Below, piece after piece: positions 28,720 through 42,949 of a DNA stretch of 64,000 nucleotides. The notes under the pieces are model-generated. The model saw only the letters and a list, made by a program, of their open reading frames with translations. It ran no database searches and was not told where the DNA came from. A program made the translations under genes and the position numbers. The number at the start of each line of letters is the position of its first letter. Within the stretch, counting starts at the first letter, position 1. The DNA is from Eledone cirrhosa (taxonomy: Eukaryota), in NCBI GenBank assembly GCA_964016885.1, contig OZ024754.1, positions 31,620,001 through 31,684,000 of the forward strand, read 5' to 3'.

Positions 28720-29912
28720 CGGTTAACGCACTTGTGGAATTACCTCAAATACCGTAACGACGATGACAACGAAAGGGAAGCCCAACCATTGTGGCCGCCT
28801 TTCATGCGACGTCTTTCTGAAACGTGCCTTCTTGATCGAGCTACAATCATGGGTCAAGCGCAGATCAAGTTTGGGCGACTGGCATCTAGAATGTTGCCTG
28901 GCACTCACGGCACTTTATCAGCTGCATAACACGATACGTGGCCAGAAAACAAAAATTGTTTTTTTTTTATAGAAGATTAGTAGAAGGTATGAACGACGAT
29001 GGTTCGGGAGAGGCTCTAAGCATTGACGCTGACAATCTGAACAGGATCTTTTGGAGGACTTTCAAGTCGGGGATTATGAACAATTTCCCCAAATCTTAGT
29101 ATGGCAGTGCTACAGAAGGGAACTTCCAGGTCGTGACAAGCTCTATAGGCACGGAAGTGTCAACAGTCAGACCTGTCTGAAATGCATGCTGGTCGACGAA
29201 ACCGTCCTGCATGCTATCATCCAGTTCCTGTGCATTGCAGATTTGTGGTTTTGTGTCAAACAACTGCTATTACGTGTAGGACAGATCCAGCTCTCAACCG
29301 AGTCTATTGTAAATAGTGAGCCGCCTCATTCTTTTAGAAGGAATACGCAGTATGTCTTCGTCTACCGGTAGCTATGATGAAGGAAGCTGTATGATGGATT
29401 CGTCTAAAAGGATCGAGGAGAGGAATTTTCTTGTACGGCCAAGTCCTCATCAACGTCTACGTGAGAAAGAAGGTAAGGGTAGAGAGGGGGATGCTATCTT
29501 CTAGTGGGCTTTATTAAAGATGGTTGAGAGCAGCGATATTAACGAGGCTGAATGAGTCTACTCAGACTGTTTTTCTAAGCAGGGGGAAAAAACTAATAGA
29601 GGGTGCTTTCAATACCAACGAGGCAACAAAGTAGTCTGTGATTTTGTGAGGTCCTTCCTGGAATTACTCTAAAAGGCAGTCCACCACTATTGAGGAACTG
29701 GTCCTTGTTAACATTTCTAATTGTTATGTGTATTTATTACATTTTCTATTATTGTTATTCCTATTGGGATTTTTTTGGGGTGGGTCCCTTTTCCTGTATT
29801 TAATGTAAACCCCACTCTGTGTTGTTTTAGTTCTTGTATTATCTCCAACGTCTTGGGCTCTTGTGACTGATAAAAGAAATTGTTATTGTCGTTGTTGTTA
29901 TTGCAGTTGTTG
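28720..29912 (+). mobile_element. Decayed Tx1/L1-type LINE 3' fragment
   Basis: LVWQCYRRELPGRDKLYRHG..TCLKC..DETVLHAII (zf-RVT-like); ends in ATAAAA plus (TTG)n. Confidence 0.65.
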
Positions 29913-30104
29913 TCCTGATTTCAATTAGCCACGATGCATTATCTTTGAAATGCTTCTTCCCAATCCACATCTAAGTGTATGTGCAGAGGTGCACTGACCA
30001 TATGGTAGTTGAGTAATGTACGGTGGGCCTCTACCACCAATGAAAAATGTCACGAACAACTGAAGTCATAGCCACTGAACAAAGATTGAAACGAAAATGG
30101 AACG

Positions 30105-30330
30105 CACCTCAGTTGAGCAGTGAAAACACACCTCTGGCCCTCAGCAGTCTGTTAGACAGTGTCCCCTTAGCTAAGCAGTGAAAACACACCACTGGCCCTC
30201 GGCAGTCTGTTAGTGTCACCTCAGCTGAGCAGTGAAAACATATCTCTGGCCCTCAACAGTCTGTTAGACAGTGTCCCCTCAGCTGAGCAGTGAAAACACA
30301 TCTCTGACCCTCAACAGTCTGTTAGTCAGC
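30105..30330 (-). repeat. Same about 57-60 bp minisatellite as 23620-23940, inverted, about 4 units
   Basis: cacctcagctgagcagtgaaaacacacctctggccctcagcagtctgttag. Confidence 0.8.
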
Positions 30331-30373
30331 GTCAGCCAGGTTTAAAACCCAGTACGCTTCTCTTTGTGTGGAT

Positions 30374-30406
<33 letters not shown>

Positions 30407-31006
30407 GAGAGAGAGACGAGAGGGGAGAGAGATGAATGTTCTTTATTTTTCGGTCTCAGTTGTTTTCAGTGAAGAAATATGGAATAGCAAGGGTTTCTCG
30501 GCTGGTGTGAAGCGGACACACCATATGTTGTCTTTAGAAGATAACGTCCACATTATTAACAAAACTGGCCTGTCCATGATAAACATATGATCCTTTCTCC
30601 CCTATAGCCCCCTCTCTCTTTCGTATATATATATAATGTGTGTGTGTGTGTGTGTGCATACATATTTCTACTGTTCATACTGGTGTATTAAAAAACGTAG
30701 GTGTAGTCGAGTTATGTATTTACTTAAATGAAATCGTTTATTTATCTAACAACCATAAATCTGTCTGGTGTTGCTTAACAGTTCATTATAATGAAGGGAG
30801 AGAAAAATGTCCAACGAAGTTCTTGGATAGTAAATTATATATCAATCTATTGACTCCACAATGTAGATAACTAAGATAATAGTTGGTAAATCATAGTTAT
30901 ATAGTTATATAAATTATAATTAACTGCATTGAGGCGATTATATTTTGAAATTTTGAATTCCCATTGTTTCGTAATTCAAATATTGTTAATGTATGATATA
31001 TATATA

Positions 31007-31336
31007 CTAGCTGGCCCGTCCGGCTGGCATCCGGTTAGGTATACCGGCATTTTATCTTTTCAGGAATCCCCCCCTACATTCCAGTGCTAAGATACCTCAC
31101 GCCCTCTCAAGTGAGTGAGGGGTGGGTGGGGTGGGGGGGTTTAACGTGCTCTGATGTTGGGTTTGAATAGTTTTTAGGATTCCCCAGTTCAGCAGCCAGT
31201 ACGTTAAAGAAAATTGATAGTGACAACAATAAAGGCTGAACAGAGAACACATTTTTTAACAAACAATAATGGAAATTCCAAGTAACAGAAAATATTTAAA
31301 TTACATTGTTGGAGCCTGAGAGTATACAATATTTTT

Positions 31337-31340
<4 letters not shown>
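31007..31340 (-). mobile_element. Helitron-like non-autonomous element (3' end at left)
   Basis: ACTAG next to a GC-rich hairpin (ccggctggcatccgg), in (TA)n. Confidence 0.45.
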
Positions 31341-31368
<28 letters not shown>

Positions 31369-31373
<5 letters not shown>

Positions 31374-32082
31374 ATACTTTGGGAGGGTCATGTTGCCAAT
31401 AAGAAACACACGCACCAGTTGCTTTCACTTCAATTTATTATAATAAATTTATAAATATAGGAATTTATAAATTTCCGGTTGGTTGGTTCCACAACCAGAT
31501 GATTGTTTATATATTGTCAACGTTCTTTCGTCACACATTCTGTGACCTCTTCAGTGACTGTGGATTCTTTTCTTTGTTTTTGTGCCTCTTTTTTGTTCTG
31601 TCCCACGCCATCTTGTTTTTGTGTGTGTTTCACACAAAAACAAGATGGCGTAGGACAGAACAAAGGAGAGGCACAAAAACAAAGAAAAGAATCCCCAGTC
31701 ACTGAAGAGGTCACAGAATGTGTGACGAAAGAACTTTGACAATATATAAACAATCATCTGGTTGGTTCCACAACCAGATGATTGTTTATATATTGTCAAA
31801 GTTCTTTCGTCACACATTCTGTGACCTCTTCAGTGACTGGGGATTCTTTTCTTTGTTTTTGTGCCTCTCCTTTGTTCTGTCCTACGCCATCTTGTTTAAA
31901 CAATCATCTGGTTGTGGAACCAACCAAATAACCGGAAATTTATAAATTTATTATAATAAATTGAAGTGAAAGCAACTGGTGCGTGTGTTTCTTATTGGCA
32001 ATATGACCCTCCCAAAGTATAACAATATCGGTTTCAACACACGTTTTCAGATAAAGAATTTTGCTAAACAAATTCAGAAACG

Positions 32083-32085
<3 letters not shown>
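31369..32085. mobile_element. Penelope pLTR-only multi-inversion insertion with three hammerheads
   Basis: Segments alternate -,+,-,+; HHRs at 31516-31558 (-), 31698-31740 (+), 31795-31837 (-); tail on the right only. Confidence 0.9.
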
Positions 32086-32167
<82 letters not shown>

Positions 32168-32168
<1 letters not shown>

Positions 32169-32720
32169 GACGTAAAATAAGAAAATTATAAAAATTAACT
32201 TACTTACTAAAATTTCACTCCAACTAATTAGTTTCTGAAAGGGAATAAACATGGTTTCCGAAGAAACGCACGGAGAAATCCTTTCGTCATCAGGGAAGTC
32301 TATTCTCAGCTAAGTTCCCAGGCAATGTGTGGACACAGGGAACTTATACAAAAATAATTCAGTGGATGGAAAAAAGCAAAGCGTGGACTAAGTTCCAAGA
32401 CATTGAAAAAATTGGTCCACGCTTTGCTTTTTTCCATCCACTAAATTATTTTTGTATAAGTTCCCTGTGTCCACGCATTGCCTGGGAACCTAGCCGAGAA
32501 TAGACTTCCCTGATGACGAAAGGATTTCTCCGTGCGTTTCTTCGGAAACCATGTTTATTCCCTTTCAGAAACTAATTAGTTGGAGTGAAATTTTAGTAAG
32601 TAAGTTAATTTTTATAATTTTTTTATTTTACGTCTGCATCCCCTTGTTACCAAGACAAAACCTATATATTTGCTAGCATAGGTATGCATCTGTATATATA
32701 TGTTAGTAGATATACTAATT

Positions 32721-32722
<2 letters not shown>
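32168..32722. mobile_element. Fold-back element with hammerheads (32217-32299 -, 32504-32586 +)
   Basis: Arms 32168-32391 / 32412-32635; ACTTCC-CTGATGA-C-GAAAGG..CCTTTC-A-GAAA-CTAATTAG-TT-GGAGT. Confidence 0.85.
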
Positions 32723-32754
<32 letters not shown>

Positions 32755-33433
32755 ATATATATATATATATATAAACCAAGCCATTACTGAGATGGAGGGT
32801 TTGTGTCTCGAGACACATCACAGCAGAAACTGGAGCCGTAGATCTTAATGGAGTCGTAGAAGTACCTCAGTAACATATAGCTTGTCTTGGGCATTTTGAA
32901 CCTGGTGGAGCCCGTTCCTTCTTCATGTCTGAACACAGCCGATTTCTTCCAGAGAAAGAAAGAGAGAGGAAGTGAAAAAGAGATAGAGTAAGAATTGATC
33001 CCAGTACTAAACTGGTAATTTTGTTATTGACCTCGAAAGGATGCAAGGCAAAGTTGACCTTGGCGAATTGTCAATTCAGAGAGCAGAGAGCTGGAACGAA
33101 TACGGTAAAGCATTATATCCGAGGTTCTAACGACTGCCAAATCGCCGCCGTAAAGATGAATTACATATATGAAATAAAAACCTATTGGTCCATACTTTTG
33201 GGACAGCCTGTTTTTGAAAGGCGAGCGCTGCTAAAGTTGCATGACTTAGAACAGATATCTCTAGTTGGTCTGCTAGTGGATTGAACCTACTACTTCAGCT
33301 CTTGTAAACATCTGCAAACTACATCAAGTTATCTATGCTATCTATCCATCAATCTGCTCTGTCAGCTCATATCACATTCTTTTGAAGATATATTAATCTT
33401 GGGACTCCTCGGGGCCCAAAAACGGAATAGACT

Positions 33434-33590
33434 CTTCTTCTTCTTCTTCTTCTTCTTCTTCTTCTTCTTCTTCTTCTTCTTCTTCTTCTTCTTCACCTTC
33501 TTCTTCTTCTTCTTGTTCTTCTTTTTCTTCTTTTTCTTCTTCTTCTTCTTTTTCTTCTTCTTCTTCTTCTTCTTCTTCTTCTTCTTCTTC
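33434..33590. repeat. (TTC)n microsatellite
   Basis: Direct reading. Confidence 0.95.
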
Positions 33591-34224
33591 TTTATTGGTA
33601 GTACGCTGGTGGTGGTATTGGTTGTTGTTGTTGTTGTTGTTGGTGGTGGTGTTGGAGAACGTATGTGTTATCAGAGATATCCAGAGTTTGCCAAGAAATA
33701 TCACACAAGGGATTATCAGCTACTCAACTGTCGCTGGCAAGACAGATATCTGCTGAGGAAGGTGCGTGTGTGTGTTAGGTCCATTATCGTAGAATCGTGA
33801 GTTCGATTCCAGGTAACACATTGTCTCCTTCAGCAAGACTCTTTATTTCCTGTTGCTCCAGTTCATTCAGTTGAGAAAAAAATGGGTTGTACCAGAAATT
33901 CAAAGGACCACTCTCGTTACACAGAGTTTGCCATGTTGAATTTCTCTGAGGGCTACGTTAAGGTTACACGTGTGGGTGAAATGATGAATTGTACCAGTAA
34001 TTCAAAGGGCCAACCTTGTCGCGCTGAATCTCCCTGAGTACTACGTTAAGGATACATGTGTCTGGTCTGTGGAATGCTCAGTCACTTAAACGTTTAATTT
34101 CATGAGTAGGCTGTTTCGTTGTTCGTACAACTAGAATACTCGTCTTCGGAACCGACGGAGATCCAGCACGCACACGCGCGCGCACACACACACACATACA
34201 CACACACACACACACACACATATT

Positions 34225-35293
34225 GGTGATGGTGGTGGGAGCGGAGGTATTGGTGGTAATGGTGGGAGTAGAGGTTTTAGTGATAGTAGTACTGGTGGTG
34301 GTACTGGTGGTGTTGGTAGTGGAGGTAATAGTGATGGTGGTGGTGATAGTGGTGGTACTGTTGGTGGTGCTGGTACTGGTGATAGTGGTGGTGGTGGTGC
34401 TGCTGTACTGGTGGTGGTGATGATAGAGGTGGTGGTGATGGTACTGGTGGTGGTGGTGATAAAAGTGATATTGGTGATGGTACTGGTGGTGGTGATGATA
34501 GTGGTGGTGGTGGTGGTGATGATAGTGGTGGTGGTGGTGATGGGGGTGATGGTACTGGTGGTGGTGATGATAGTGGTGGTGGTGGTGGTGATGGTACTGG
34601 TGGTGGTGGTGATAAAAGTGATATTGGTGATGGTACTGGTGGTGGTGATGATAGTGGTGGTGGTGGTGGTGGTGATGGTACTGGTGGTGGTGATGATAGT
34701 GGTGGTGGTGGTGATGGGGGTGATGGTACTGGTGGTGGTGATGATAGTGGTGGTGGTGGTGGTGATGGTACTGGTGGTGGTGGTGATAAAAGTGATATTG
34801 GTGATGGTACTGGTGGTGGTGATGATAGTGGTGGTGGTGGTGGTGGTGATGGTACTGGTGGTGGTGACACTGGTGATAGTGGTGGTGATGGTGGTGATGG
34901 TACTGGTGGTGGTGATGGTACTGGTGGTGGTGACACTGGTGATAGTGGTGGTGGTGATGGTACTGGTGGTGGTGATGATAGTGGTGGTGGTGATGGTGGT
35001 GATGGTACTGGTGGTGGTGACACTGGTGATAGTGGTGGTGATGGTGGTGATGGTACTGGTGGTGGTGATGGTACTGGTGGTGGTGATGGTACTGGTGGTG
35101 GTGACACTGGTGATAGTGGTGGTGGTGATGGTACTGGTGGTGGTGATGATAGTGGTGGTGGTGATGGTGGTGATGGTACTGGTGGTGGTGACACTGGTGA
35201 TAGTGGTGGTGATGGTGGTGATGGTACTGGTGGTGGTGACACTGGTGATAGTGGTGGTGATGGTACTGGTGATAGTAGTGGTGGTGGTGGTGG
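34225..35293. repeat. Degenerate (GGT)n array with GATGGTACTGGT higher-order units
   Basis: Direct reading; source of the Pro/Thr/Val pseudo-ORFs. Confidence 0.9.
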
Positions 35294-35770
35294 TATACAG
35301 ACAGGAGATATCACACAAGGGATTATCAACTATTCCACCGCTATGTCACTTACGAGCTAGATATCTATTTATCTTTTACGTTATCTTACTACTACTCCTA
35401 CTACTACTACTACTCCTACTACTACTAGTACTAGTGATGGTGGTACTGGAGATGTGGTGGAGGTGTTACGTTATCTTAGAACGTGACACCACCCTGCCTT
35501 TACAGCTGCACAGTTTAACAATGCAATGTATACATACATACGTATATACATACACACATACATATACATACACATACATATACATTACATATATACACAC
35601 ATACACACACACACACACATGCAACATCATAGTTGATGTCTAAATTCCAATAAGTCTCTCTATTGGTAAAAATGTATAAAATAATTGTTTCTACTTTTGG
35701 CACAAGGCCAGCAATTATCTCAGTGCATTACTGGTACTTTATAATGTATAATGTATAAAATAATGAAACC

Positions 35771-35823
<53 letters not shown>

Positions 35824-36074
35824 ATGATGATGGCTGCCCCTTCGTTATCGAGTATGGCCATTGCACGACCCCCCGCCCCCCAAAAAACATAATAATAATA
35901 ATAATAATAATACTAATAAAATTATATATATATATATATATATACACATACACACACACATCTACATATCTATATATACATACATATACATACACACATA
36001 ACCCCCCCCCCCCACCCCACCCCACACACACACACGCAATAACAATTAACGGTGCTGTGATCGAATGTGGCTTT

Positions 36075-36790
36075 TTAGCCCAGCCAATGATCTAAAATGT
36101 CTTGCACAGAGTTGTCAACCAAAACATTGACTGGCAGTAGCCGGCTGTGATTGGAGTTCATACATACATTGTCAGGAAGATCCAGAGTGAGGGTAATATA
36201 GATAAGGAAAGTAGTCTGTCTTGGATCAACAACCGCCATATTGGCTCCCACTTTGAAGGATACGCTTTTGCAATCCAAGAACAGGAAATCAACACGAAAT
36301 ACCTGATTCACAAAGGAGATAGGGATGCAGGCAAAACACCTAGATGTGATAACAAGTGCAGACTCTGCAGAATTAACATCGAAGATGTCACCCATGTCAT
36401 AAGCAGTTGTCCAAAGATGTCATGGCGGTACTATCTATCTATGAAGCATGATGTAGTGGCCAAAACACTGTACAATGCAATCCGTAGAAAAGATAGCCCC
36501 GATAATAAACACATTAAAAGCTACAGCAATGTGGAAGACATACATATACATAATATGAAAGATTAGAGGTGGAATGTTCCAGTAAAAACCCTAATAAAAT
36601 GCAGGCATAACAGACCAGATATTATGATATGGGACAGGGAGGAGAAAACATGCACAGTAGTGGAAGTTAGCTGCCCAGCAGATGACAATATAATATCAAA
36701 GATTAGCGAAAAGGAGAATATTTATGCAGAACTGATGAGAAATCTGCAGATACTCCACTCTGATTATACCTTCTGATTATACCTACTTCT
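36075..36790 (+). mobile_element. R4/Dong-like RLE LINE fragment
   Basis: EGYAFAIQEQEINTKY..CRLCRINIEDVTHVISSC..KHDVVAK, then after a stop WNVPV..HNRPDIMIWDREEKTCTVVEVSCP (CCHC plus PD-D/ExK). Confidence 0.8.
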
Positions 36791-36798
36791 TTGCCCAC

Positions 36799-37110
36799 TT
36801 ATTCCTGAGAGGGTCGTGGGGGCAGAGTCCTCGAGCAATCCTTCCAGTGGGTCCTGTCAGAAGCTACTCTCTCCAACTGATCCGTCTGGATCTCCAAGCA
36901 AGACCAGTCGAGCACATGGATTTTATCCAACCATCTTGCTCGTGGTCTATCTCTGTGTCTCTTGCCGGTTTCTTTTGTCCATAAAATACATCCTATGATT
37001 CTTTCCTGTGACATTCTAACCACATGACAGTAGTATCGGAGCTGTGATCTTTCAATTCGGAGAAGTAGTGGCTTTACAAGGAGCAACTCCCTTATCTCCG
37101 AGCTCGGTGG
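36799..37110 (-). mobile_element. RTE-type LINE 3' fragment
   Basis: EIRELLLVKPLLLRIERSQLRYYCHVVRMSQER..GKRHRDRPRARWLD. Confidence 0.75.
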
Positions 37111-37749
37111 AATACGAAGATTGGCTGAAAAATTCATATCTGACTATGAAGGAATGATGCTAGTACTGTGAAATCTTGAATGCATTAATTTCAACTTTAA
37201 TTATTAATAACTACATTGATTCTTTCCAGGGACTATGTTGAAAAATAAACCTCATTTGGTCATTTCATGAGAGTATCTTGGTCAACTTATGAAGTTTTCA
37301 GCCGACCCTCGTATATCCCTCGCTTTATCTCTCTCTATATATATACATGTGTGTGTATCCATGTGAGTGTGTGTATCTATGTACACACGTGAATGTAGAG
37401 TGTATCTACTTACACATTAAATAAATAAATAAGTGAAGTCTAATAAAAGTTATTCATTTTAAGCAGATGATGTCAAAGGTTATGAAAATACAGTTCTCTT
37501 CTAACGTTGTTGACATAAAATACCCAGCATGTCAGTGAGTTAAATGTCTATTTTGGTGGCAGCTGTCTCATCATGGATGAATGGAGACTATCCTACTATC
37601 TTGTCTGTGTGTCTGTCTATCTAACATTTCATCTTTTTAGTTCTAGTCACTTATCTTGTTTCACAACTTTAATTTTAACTGATATGTTATTATTGTTGTC
37701 GTCGTTGTTTTTGTACGTATGTACTACACAAAATTCATGCTCTCTCTTT

Positions 37750-37802
<53 letters not shown>

Positions 37803-38192
37803 TGCAGTCTCTGCGACTGACCCAGGTGGTTCTGCTGCACGTCGGGCTGAGGGGGCCAAACTCCTCAAATACCGGTCGCTCTCCGACAGGTTTGCGGTTG
37901 TTCCCCTGGCAGTGGAGACTTCTGGTGTCCTCGGCCCCAGGGCTACCTCCTTACTCACCACCATAGGCGCTGAGCTGGCCAGCCGCAGGTGTGACCCCCG
38001 CGAGTTGGAGTGGCTTTTCCAGCGCGTCTCCCTTGCCGTCCTCCGGGGAAACGCCTTCTCCATTCTGTCCGCCGGGGCTGTGGGTGGGCCCCATCGCGTT
38101 AAATACCATTCTTTCATCTGATACAACACAAAGACTAAAGTGTTAAAAAAAAAAAAAATTAATGTTGAAGTAAAAAAAAAAAAAAAAAAAAA
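37803..38192 (+). mobile_element. CRE-clade LINE 3' end with poly(A) tail, joined to (TA)n
   Basis: AARRAEGAKLLKY..FAVVPLAVETSGVLGPRA..WLFQRVSLAVLRGNAFSIL; GC-rich; A-tails 38145-38192. Confidence 0.8.
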
Positions 38193-38370
38193 TATATCCC
38201 CTACATATACATAACACCACAAACATCCCGTCTCTCTTTCACCCTCCTCTTTCTCCTAACTTTACTCTTTCCTAAAGAAGGACTACCGTCCGATATGTTG
38301 AGCTACTTCCTTTCTTTTTCCAACAAGCCTGTAACTAATAAGACTTTGTGTAGTTGTACACACACGCACG

Positions 38371-38401
<31 letters not shown>

Positions 38402-38546
38402 ACACACACACATACACACACATGCGTATGTATGTACGTACGTACGTACGTACGTATATGTACGTATGTATGTATGTATATGTGTGTATGTATGTGTGTA
38501 TGTGTGTGTGTGTGAATGTATATATAATGAATGTATGTATAATGAA

Positions 38547-38582
<36 letters not shown>

Positions 38583-38942
38583 GTATGTGTGCTGCGTTTT
38601 TGCGTGACTTTTCCAGTTAAGATGAAAAACGAGCCTATCTATGTGAAAAGTCAATTTTCTGTTTTTCTGTAGTTGTTAAAATGTCAGTTTAACGTAGGAA
38701 GATTCATTAGAAATAGATAAGGCAGAAGGGGAGGGAGGGGGACGATAGGGAGATAGAGGGAGAGGGAGAGAGAGATAAGGCCGAACACATAAGAGAGAAG
38801 GGGAGGGAGGGGGACGATAGGGAGATAAGGCAAACATTTCTGAATATCTTTAAACTAACTCTGGTGTTTCTTCGTAAGATTCTTGTTTCTACATTTTGGG
38901 GTTTTTTTAAGCGTGAAAAATTGATTATATAATAATAATAAT

Positions 38943-39348
38943 AATTGTTTCTACTATTGGCACAAGGCCAGCAATTACCCAGTAGATTACTGGTACTTTA
39001 TTTTATCGACCCCCGTAAGGATGAAAGGCAAAGTTAACCTCGGCGGGATTTGAACTCAGAGCGTAAAGGGTCGTAACTCTTTGTTGCAAAGCATGGCGTC
39101 CGACCCTCTATAATAATAATAATGATTTCTAGTATAGGCACAAAGCCAGTAATTTTTTCTTTTTTTTGGGGGGGGGGGGTCGATTAAATCGACTCCAGTA
39201 CGTTACTGGTACTTTATTTTATCGACCCCGTAGGGATGAAAAGCAAAGTTAACCTCGGCGGGATTTGAACTCAGAACGTAAAGGGCCACAAGTCTATGCC
39301 ACGAAGCATGCTGTCCGACGCCCTACCGATACTGCCAATACACTGCTC
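38943..39348 (-). mobile_element. Two tandem SINE family 1 copies
   Basis: Cores at about 38990 and 39208. Confidence 0.85.
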
Positions 39349-39726
39349 TTATAATGATAATAATGGTTTCTTCATTAGCCACGCAGGGCTGACATTAAGG
39401 AAACAATAAAGAAGTCACAGGACGGCACAGCGAGGGTTGTTGTGGCTAAAAAGGTTATAACAAAAACTATAGAAAAAAATATTTAAAAAATCAAACAAAA
39501 CAAGAGGAGACTTCTATGGATCACTCATGGAGAAAGCCCACAAAAAACCACGGTTGCCCTGACTGCTTGGGCAAGTTCCTCGTCTCAGAGCTGGCCCATT
39601 CACTCGGGCCATGCTCGATACTCACACCCATCTTACAACAAACTGGTTGAGAGGCAGCACTTCTCTCTTTAGCTTCATTTTCCTCCTCAAGTGAAACTTG
39701 AAAAACTCTGTCAGGGTTTCGCTGAA

Positions 39727-40285
39727 GATACAGTCAGTCAATGTCAACATACACTGGTACTAGGACTAAATACAGTTAGTCAATGTCAACATATACTGGT
39801 ACTAGGGCTAAATACAGTCAGTCAATGTCAACATACACTGGTACTAGGACCAAATACAGTTAGTCAATGTCAACATATACTGGTACTAGGGCTAAATACA
39901 GTCAGTCAATGTCAACATACACTGGTACTAGGACCAAATACAGTTAGTCAATGTCAAGATATACTGGTACTAGGGCTAAATATAGTTAGTCAATGTCAAC
40001 ATATACTGGTACTAAGACTAAATACAGTCAGTCAACGTTAACAGGTGCCAATACTAAGACTAAATACAGTCAGTCAATGTTAACAGACACCAGTACTGAG
40101 ACTAAATACAGTCAGTCAATGTTAACAGGTGCCAATACTAAGATTAAATACAATCAGTCAATGTTAACAGATACTGTTACTAGGACTAAATACAGTCAGT
40201 CAATGTGACCAGGCACCAGTACTAGGATTAAATACTGTCAGTTAATATTAACAGGCATCACTGCTAGGACCAAATACAGTCAATA
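39727..40285. repeat. 42-bp minisatellite, about 13 units
   Basis: aaatacagtcagtcaatgtcaacatacactggtactaggact; 14-aa periodic ORF. Confidence 0.9.
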
Positions 40286-40896
40286 CAAATCCAGAATCAG
40301 CAAAGTTACCTTCTGGGGTTAAATTTACCTTAGGTAAGAATCGCTCTAGTATTAGTGATACAAATTGAAAGAACAAATAAGACGATAGAAGATAAGAGGA
40401 GAAAATACGCATTGATATTAATCGGGCTATTTATGGAGATGGCCTCTATGTGGCCGCTTGACCTGCTTAAAATAGCAGCTATGTTTCCCTTAAATTACAT
40501 TCTACAATAGGCGCAGGAATAACAGTGTGGCTAAGGATTTCTCTTCGCAAGCACGTGCTATCAGCTTCAGTCCCTCTGCGTAGTACCTTGTTGTATCTTT
40601 TACTGTAGCTTCATAACGAGGTGTTAAGCGACTGAGGTTACAAGACTTCGTCTCTAGATGGCAATCCAGTATGATGTAGGGCTCGCCCTCAGCTGCTGGT
40701 GCTGGTACTCGTTTTCAGCTGTGAAGACTGGAGCAACTTGAAATAAAATGTCTTGCTCAAGGACACAGATCGCTGCCCCGAATCGAACTCAACACCTTAC
40801 GATCGTGAGCTGAATACCCAAACAAGTATGGCATGTACCTTGATGGGCATAATATTAAGTTAGAGTATATTATTTATCTTAGTATGGTGGATTATA

Positions 40897-41090
40897 GGGC
40901 GGTGAATTGGCAGTATCGGTAGAGGGTTGGACGCCATGCTTTGACGCATAGAGTTACGGCCCTTGCCATTCTGAGTTCAAATCCCGTCGAGGTTAACTTT
41001 GCCTTTCATCCTTACGGGGTCAATAAAATAAACTACCAGTAATGCACTGGGGTAATTGCTGGCCTTGTGCCAAAAAGAAGAAACAATTAT
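40897..41090 (+). mobile_element. SINE family 1, full length
   Basis: A/B boxes, core, tail. Confidence 0.9.
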
Positions 41091-41889
41091 TTATCTAAGT
41101 ATGTTAGTTATATTTTGGTTGAGAGGGGGAGAGAGAGAGAGAGAGAGGAGGAAGAAAGAGAGACAGAGTGACCATTAGCTGGAGTTGTCTTACTTCTTAC
41201 CATATGCCACAGTAGGAGTTGGTGTTAGGGAGTGAGAGAGGGTGAAAGAGAGAGAGAGGGGGGGGGGGAGATGGGTGCAATGTTGATTTATTCTAATAAA
41301 TATACGTTTGTCCTTCTGACCAAAATCTACAAAGAAAATAAGAGCAACAACAACAACAATAATGAAGAGAAGAGAAGGGGGAGAGGGGGAGGGGGAACAG
41401 GAAGAGAGAGAAAACAGTAAAACCCTTAAAAATAAACCACAAACATATGTTTGCTGGGGATGTTTAGAAAAACTCTTTCTATACATACATATATACATAC
41501 ATACATACATACACACATATATACATACATATATACATGCATGCATACATATACATGGATACATATACATGCATACATACACACGTGCATACATATATAC
41601 ATGAATACATGCATACATACATGCATACATACACACATGCATACATATATACATGAATACATATATACTTGCATACATATACACATGCATACATACATAT
41701 ATATATGAATACATATATACATGCATACATATATACATGCATACATATATACATACATACTTATATACATACTTGCATACATACATACATACATGCATAC
41801 TTACATAGATGCATACACACACGCAAACATACATACATACATACATATATATATGGTGGCTGCCAACTCGTTTTCGAGTACGGCCACTA

Positions 41890-42090
41890 CTATATATCCA
41901 TGTAGGAGAACCCCTACCGATGCGCTGAACGAGTGTGACTTTTTAGTCCAGCCAGCGACTTGAAAACTCTGGTACAAACACTACACTTGTGACAATTATT
42001 GACACATAGTGCTGGGCCCATGTGACGACAAGTGCAGAGAAATCTCCAGATATAAAGCAATGCCTGTGCCGTGAAGCTTTTATAGTGAGC
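41890..42090 (-). mobile_element. RTE-type LINE 3' end with C2H2 finger
   Basis: HKCSVCTRVFKSLAGLKSHTRSAH. Confidence 0.55.
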
Positions 42091-42793
42091 AAAGGCACTG
42101 CACAAAGCCAGTCCCACTCTCTTAACCAAGATGATATTTACCAAAAAGAAGAACAAGTCAACATCATTGGATACCATCAGGGTTGCAGGTGTTATATCAG
42201 AGTTTTCCTTCTCCTAGAATTCTGCCTTGACAAAGGCTAAGGGGTCATCTCTCCGGTGATTTTGGATGGCCATTGACTCTTAAGAGCTCCTTTGCCCTTT
42301 GACAGGTTTTGTTTTTAGTCCTGCAGGATGTCCAAAGTCACCCTCCTCACCAAGAAACCTTGGTGGGGTTGCCAGTTTAGTCGCATATATACATAGATGC
42401 GTACGTACATACATACATACATACATACACTCACAAACATACGCATACATACACACACGTGTACACACACACATATATATATATACATATATACACAAAC
42501 ATGCATGCACACACACACACACACACACACATCTATATAAACATACACAAACATGCATGCATGAATATATACATACATTCATACATACACAAACATACAT
42601 GCATGCATGTGAGTGTATATATGCGTGTGTGTGCGTGTGTGTCTGTGTCTGTATGAGTGTGTTGTGTGTCTGTGTGTGTGTGCGTGTGTGTGTATCTGTG
42701 TGTGTATGTGTGTGTATGTGTCTATGTGTGTGTATGTCTCTGTGTCTGTCTGTGTGTGTGTGTACATGTGTGTGTGTGTGTGTTGTGTGTGTG

Positions 42794-42836
<43 letters not shown>

Positions 42837-42899
42837 TGTGTGTATGTCTCTGTGTGTGTGTGTGTATGTCTGTCTGTGTGTGTCTCTGTGTGTGTGTGT

Positions 42900-42949
<50 letters not shown>

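Noticed and set aside
34131-35643. Extensin-like Pro-rich and mucin-like Thr-rich ORFs (also 4386-5321 and Gly-rich 61892-63091)
   Set aside because: Open in several frames on both strands because of (GGT)/(ACA) repeats. No signal peptide or unique domain was seen, though an exon cannot be fully excluded.
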